Part shown: positions 61,742 to 64,000 of the stretch, one piece after another
How positions within the stretch are numbered: position 1 is the stretch's first letter
Layout of the letters: the number at the start of each line of letters is the position of its first letter
Origin: Candidatus Eiseniibacteriota bacterium
GTDB taxonomy: Bacteria > Eisenbacteria > RBG-16-71-46
DNA length: 64,000 bases
Assembly: GCA_963725865.1 (NCBI GenBank)
Contig: CAVSAC010000014.1
Span: 576,001-640,000 of the forward strand
Direction of reading: 5' to 3'
Program-made: the position numbers and the translations under genes
The notes under the pieces: generated by a model
The model's database searches: none
What the model saw: only the letters and a program-made list of their open reading frames with translations
What the model was told of the DNA's origin: nothing

Positions 61742-63937
61742 ATGAACCTTGGCGAGCTGCTCGTCCGAACCGGCTTCGTGAGTGCGGCCGTCTCGGCCCT
61801 GCTCTTCATCCCCGCCCTGCGCGGACAACGGCGCACGGGCCCCGGTGCCTGGGCGTTCACGGTCCACACCGCAGCGCTGTGCTTCGCGCTGTTGCTGCTC
61901 GCGTCCCACTTCCTGGCGCATCGGTTCGAATACGCCTATGTCGCGCAGTACTCCTCGCGCGCGCTGACGCCGGCGCTCACGCTCGCCGCGCTGTGGGCCG
62001 GCCAGGAAGGCAGCATCCTCCTGTGGGCGGCGCTGAGTGCGCTGCTCGGCGTGTTCCTGATGGTGCAGCCCGGCTCGCTGAGCCGTCCCGCGATGTTCTT
62101 CGTGAGCCTCACGCAGGTGTTCATCAACCTGTTGCTGCTCGTGAGGAGCCCGTTCGTGATCACTTCCGTGGTGCCGCCGGACGGCCAGGGCCTCAATCCG
62201 TTGCTCGAGGATCCGTGGATGGTGGCGCACCCGCCGCTGCTGTTCCTCGGCTACGCCGCGATGCTGATGCCGTTCGCATTCGCGGCCGCCGCGCTGGTGC
62301 GACACCAGTACGGAGACTGGAATCGACAGGTGTGGCCGTGGACGCTGTTCGCGGTCGTGACGCTGGGGACCGGCGTCGTGCTGGGTGGGGTGTGGGCGTA
62401 CAAGACGCTCGGGTGGGGCGGATACTGGGCATGGGATCCGGTGGAGAACGCGTCGCTCGTCCCCTGGTTGCTCGCGGTCGCGCTGCTCCACGGCCTCCTC
62501 ATCCAGCGCACGATGGGCGCGATGCCGCGAGCGAACCTCGTACTGGCGATGCTGGGGTGGGTCACGACGGTCGGCGGCACCTACTTGACGCGCAGCGGCG
62601 TGCTGGCGGACTTCTCGGTGCATTCCTTCGCCGACAGCGGGCTCAACCTGCCGCTCATCGCGTGGCTCGCGCTGACCGCGTTCTTCGGCGCCGCGATGAT
62701 CGGCGCGCGCTGGAAGTCGATGGAGGACCGGGCGGTGGACTGGATGGCCGTGAGCCGCGAGTCCGCGTTGTGGCTCGCTTTCATGGTCGTCTCTGCGCTC
62801 GCGGTGCTGGTCGCGATCGGCACTACGATGCCGCTGCTGACCTCGCTCGCGGGCAAGCCGGCCAACGTGCAGCCCACCTACTACCACGGCATCGCCATTC
62901 CGCTCGGCCTGGCGATCCTGCTGCTGATGGCGCTCGCGCCGGCGCTGCGCTGGACGCGCCGGCAGGAGCGCTCGTGGCTCACGCTCGTCCCGCCCGGCGT
63001 CGTCGCGGGCCTGCTCGCGCTCGGCATCGCGATCCCGTACGGGCTGCGCGATCCGGTGTGGCTCGCGCTGCTGTTCGCCACCGCGCTCGCGCTCGGTGTC
63101 AATGCCTGGGTGGCCCTGCGGCTGTTCCAGCGCGGCTGGATGTTCGGCGCCGGCTATCTCGGGCACGTCGGCGTGGCGGTGATGGCGCTCGGCATCGCGG
63201 TGTCGACGTCGATGGGGCACAGCAGCCGCCTCACGCTGCCCCACGGTCAGAAGGTCGAGGCGCTCGGCTATCAGCTCACCTTCCAGGGCGAGCAGTCCGA
63301 CGCGCGCGGCGCCAAGCACCTCGCGGTGCGGGTCGAGAAGGGCGCGTACGTGTTCGACGCGAAGGCGCGCCTGCTGGAATCCCCGCGCGGCGACGGCATG
63401 ATCCGCAATCCGGCCATCGACCTGTGGCACGATCTGTACGTGTCGCCGATCGACGTGAAGCGCACCGAGTCCGCCGGAGAAGACGGATCGACCTGGCTGC
63501 CCAAGGAGCGCCCGGTGCAGGTCGGAGACGTGACCTACACGTTCGAGGGCTTTCGCATCGAGCAGCGCCCCGAGATGCGCGCCTACGCCGACATCTCGGT
63601 GAGCCGCGACGGCCGGGTGGCGCACGTCTCGCCTTACCTCGCCTCCTCGCCGCAGGGCTCGCAGCCAGTGCCCGTGTCGCTCGCGGGCATCGGCGAATTC
63701 CGGATCGCCCGTCTCGACGCCGACAACGGCCGCATCGCCGTGGTGCTGCCCGGTGGGGCCGCCGCCGACCTCGCGATCGTGGAGTTCAGCACCAAGCCGC
63801 TTGTGAACCTGGTCTGGATCGGCGCGCTCCTCACGCTGCTGGGCTCGGCGCTCGCAGGCGTGCGCCGCGCGACCGAGCAGCGCGCGCCACCCGAGCGCGC
63901 TCCGAAGCGAGTGCGCACGGCGCCGCAGACCGCCTGA
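61742..63937 (+). CDS. ccmF: cytochrome c heme lyase CcmF/NrfE family
   Basis: WAGQEGS, GQGLNPLL, HPPLLFLGY, WGGYWAWDPVENAS (WWD domain), TRSG...SVHSF, KPLVNLVWIG. Confidence 0.93.
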   Translation: MNLGELLVRTGFVSAAVSALLFIPALRGQRRTGPGAWAFTVHTAALCFALLLLASHFLAHRFEYAYVAQYSSRALTPALTLAALWAGQEGSILLWAALSALLGVFLMVQPGSLSRPAMFFVSLTQVFINLLLLVRSPFVITSVVPPDGQGLNPLLEDPWMVAHPPLLFLGYAAMLMPFAFAAAALVRHQYGDWNRQVWPWTLFAVVTLGTGVVLGGVWAYKTLGWGGYWAWDPVENASLVPWLLAVALLHGLLIQRTMGAMPRANLVLAMLGWVTTVGGTYLTRSGVLADFSVHSFADSGLNLPLIAWLALTAFFGAAMIGARWKSMEDRAVDWMAVSRESALWLAFMVVSALAVLVAIGTTMPLLTSLAGKPANVQPTYYHGIAIPLGLAILLLMALAPALRWTRRQERSWLTLVPPGVVAGLLALGIAIPYGLRDPVWLALLFATALALGVNAWVALRLFQRGWMFGAGYLGHVGVAVMALGIAVSTSMGHSSRLTLPHGQKVEALGYQLTFQGEQSDARGAKHLAVRVEKGAYVFDAKARLLESPRGDGMIRNPAIDLWHDLYVSPIDVKRTESAGEDGSTWLPKERPVQVGDVTYTFEGFRIEQRPEMRAYADISVSRDGRVAHVSPYLASSPQGSQPVPVSLAGIGEFRIARLDADNGRIAVVLPGGAAADLAIVEFSTKPLVNLVWIGALLTLLGSALAGVRRATEQRAPPERAPKRVRTAPQTA

Positions 63938-63960
63938 TCGAACTTCCGGGGGCCGCTCCC

Positions 63961-63996
63961 CGCCCGCGGGTCCGCGAGGACCCGCGGGCGTTCGTT
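63961..63996 (+). terminator. terminator-like hairpin after ccmF
   Basis: 13-bp stem CGCCCGCGGGTCC/GGACCCGCGGGCG, GCGA tetraloop, then TTCGTT. Confidence 0.65.
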
Positions 63997-64000
63997 CGTG

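Noticed and set aside
61342..61869. Short ORFs within the NHL-ccmF intergenic region
   Set aside because: No RBS or coding bias; they overlap the promoter motifs

Overview
Very GC-rich bacterial window. FlgD/T9SS-like C-terminal sorting domains and the gene content suggest an FCB-related lineage such as Ca. Eisenbacteria (inference only). About 50 genes. Left and centre: tilS-hpt-ftsH; a fatty-acid uptake and beta-oxidation cluster (fadJ, fadI, TPR protein, fadD, fadL, SGNH lipoprotein); DUF885; a zinc-ribbon/cold-shock locus behind a structured leader with a terminator; mrfAB-like repair genes; secreted and lipoprotein genes; nnr, trxA, rhomboid, M24 peptidase, hflX; a small HNH islet; mqnD; a Ser/Thr kinase; a marR-dioxygenase-hydrolase unit; mqnC. 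The highlight is 50.7-63.9 kb, a putative extracellular electron transfer / cytochrome nanowire locus. A minus-strand cluster behind a sigma54-type promoter encodes an NHL beta-propeller, an OmcS-like hexaheme cytochrome (split by a frameshift near 59761), a 10-heme cytochrome, an outer-membrane beta-barrel, two related lipoproteins, a ResB/DUF2155-like protein and a 42-heme cytochrome. A ccmF gene is transcribed divergently with its own sigma54-like promoter. No rRNA, tRNA or CRISPR array was seen. Family assignments come from motif recognition, not database searches. Start codons were refined by eye.
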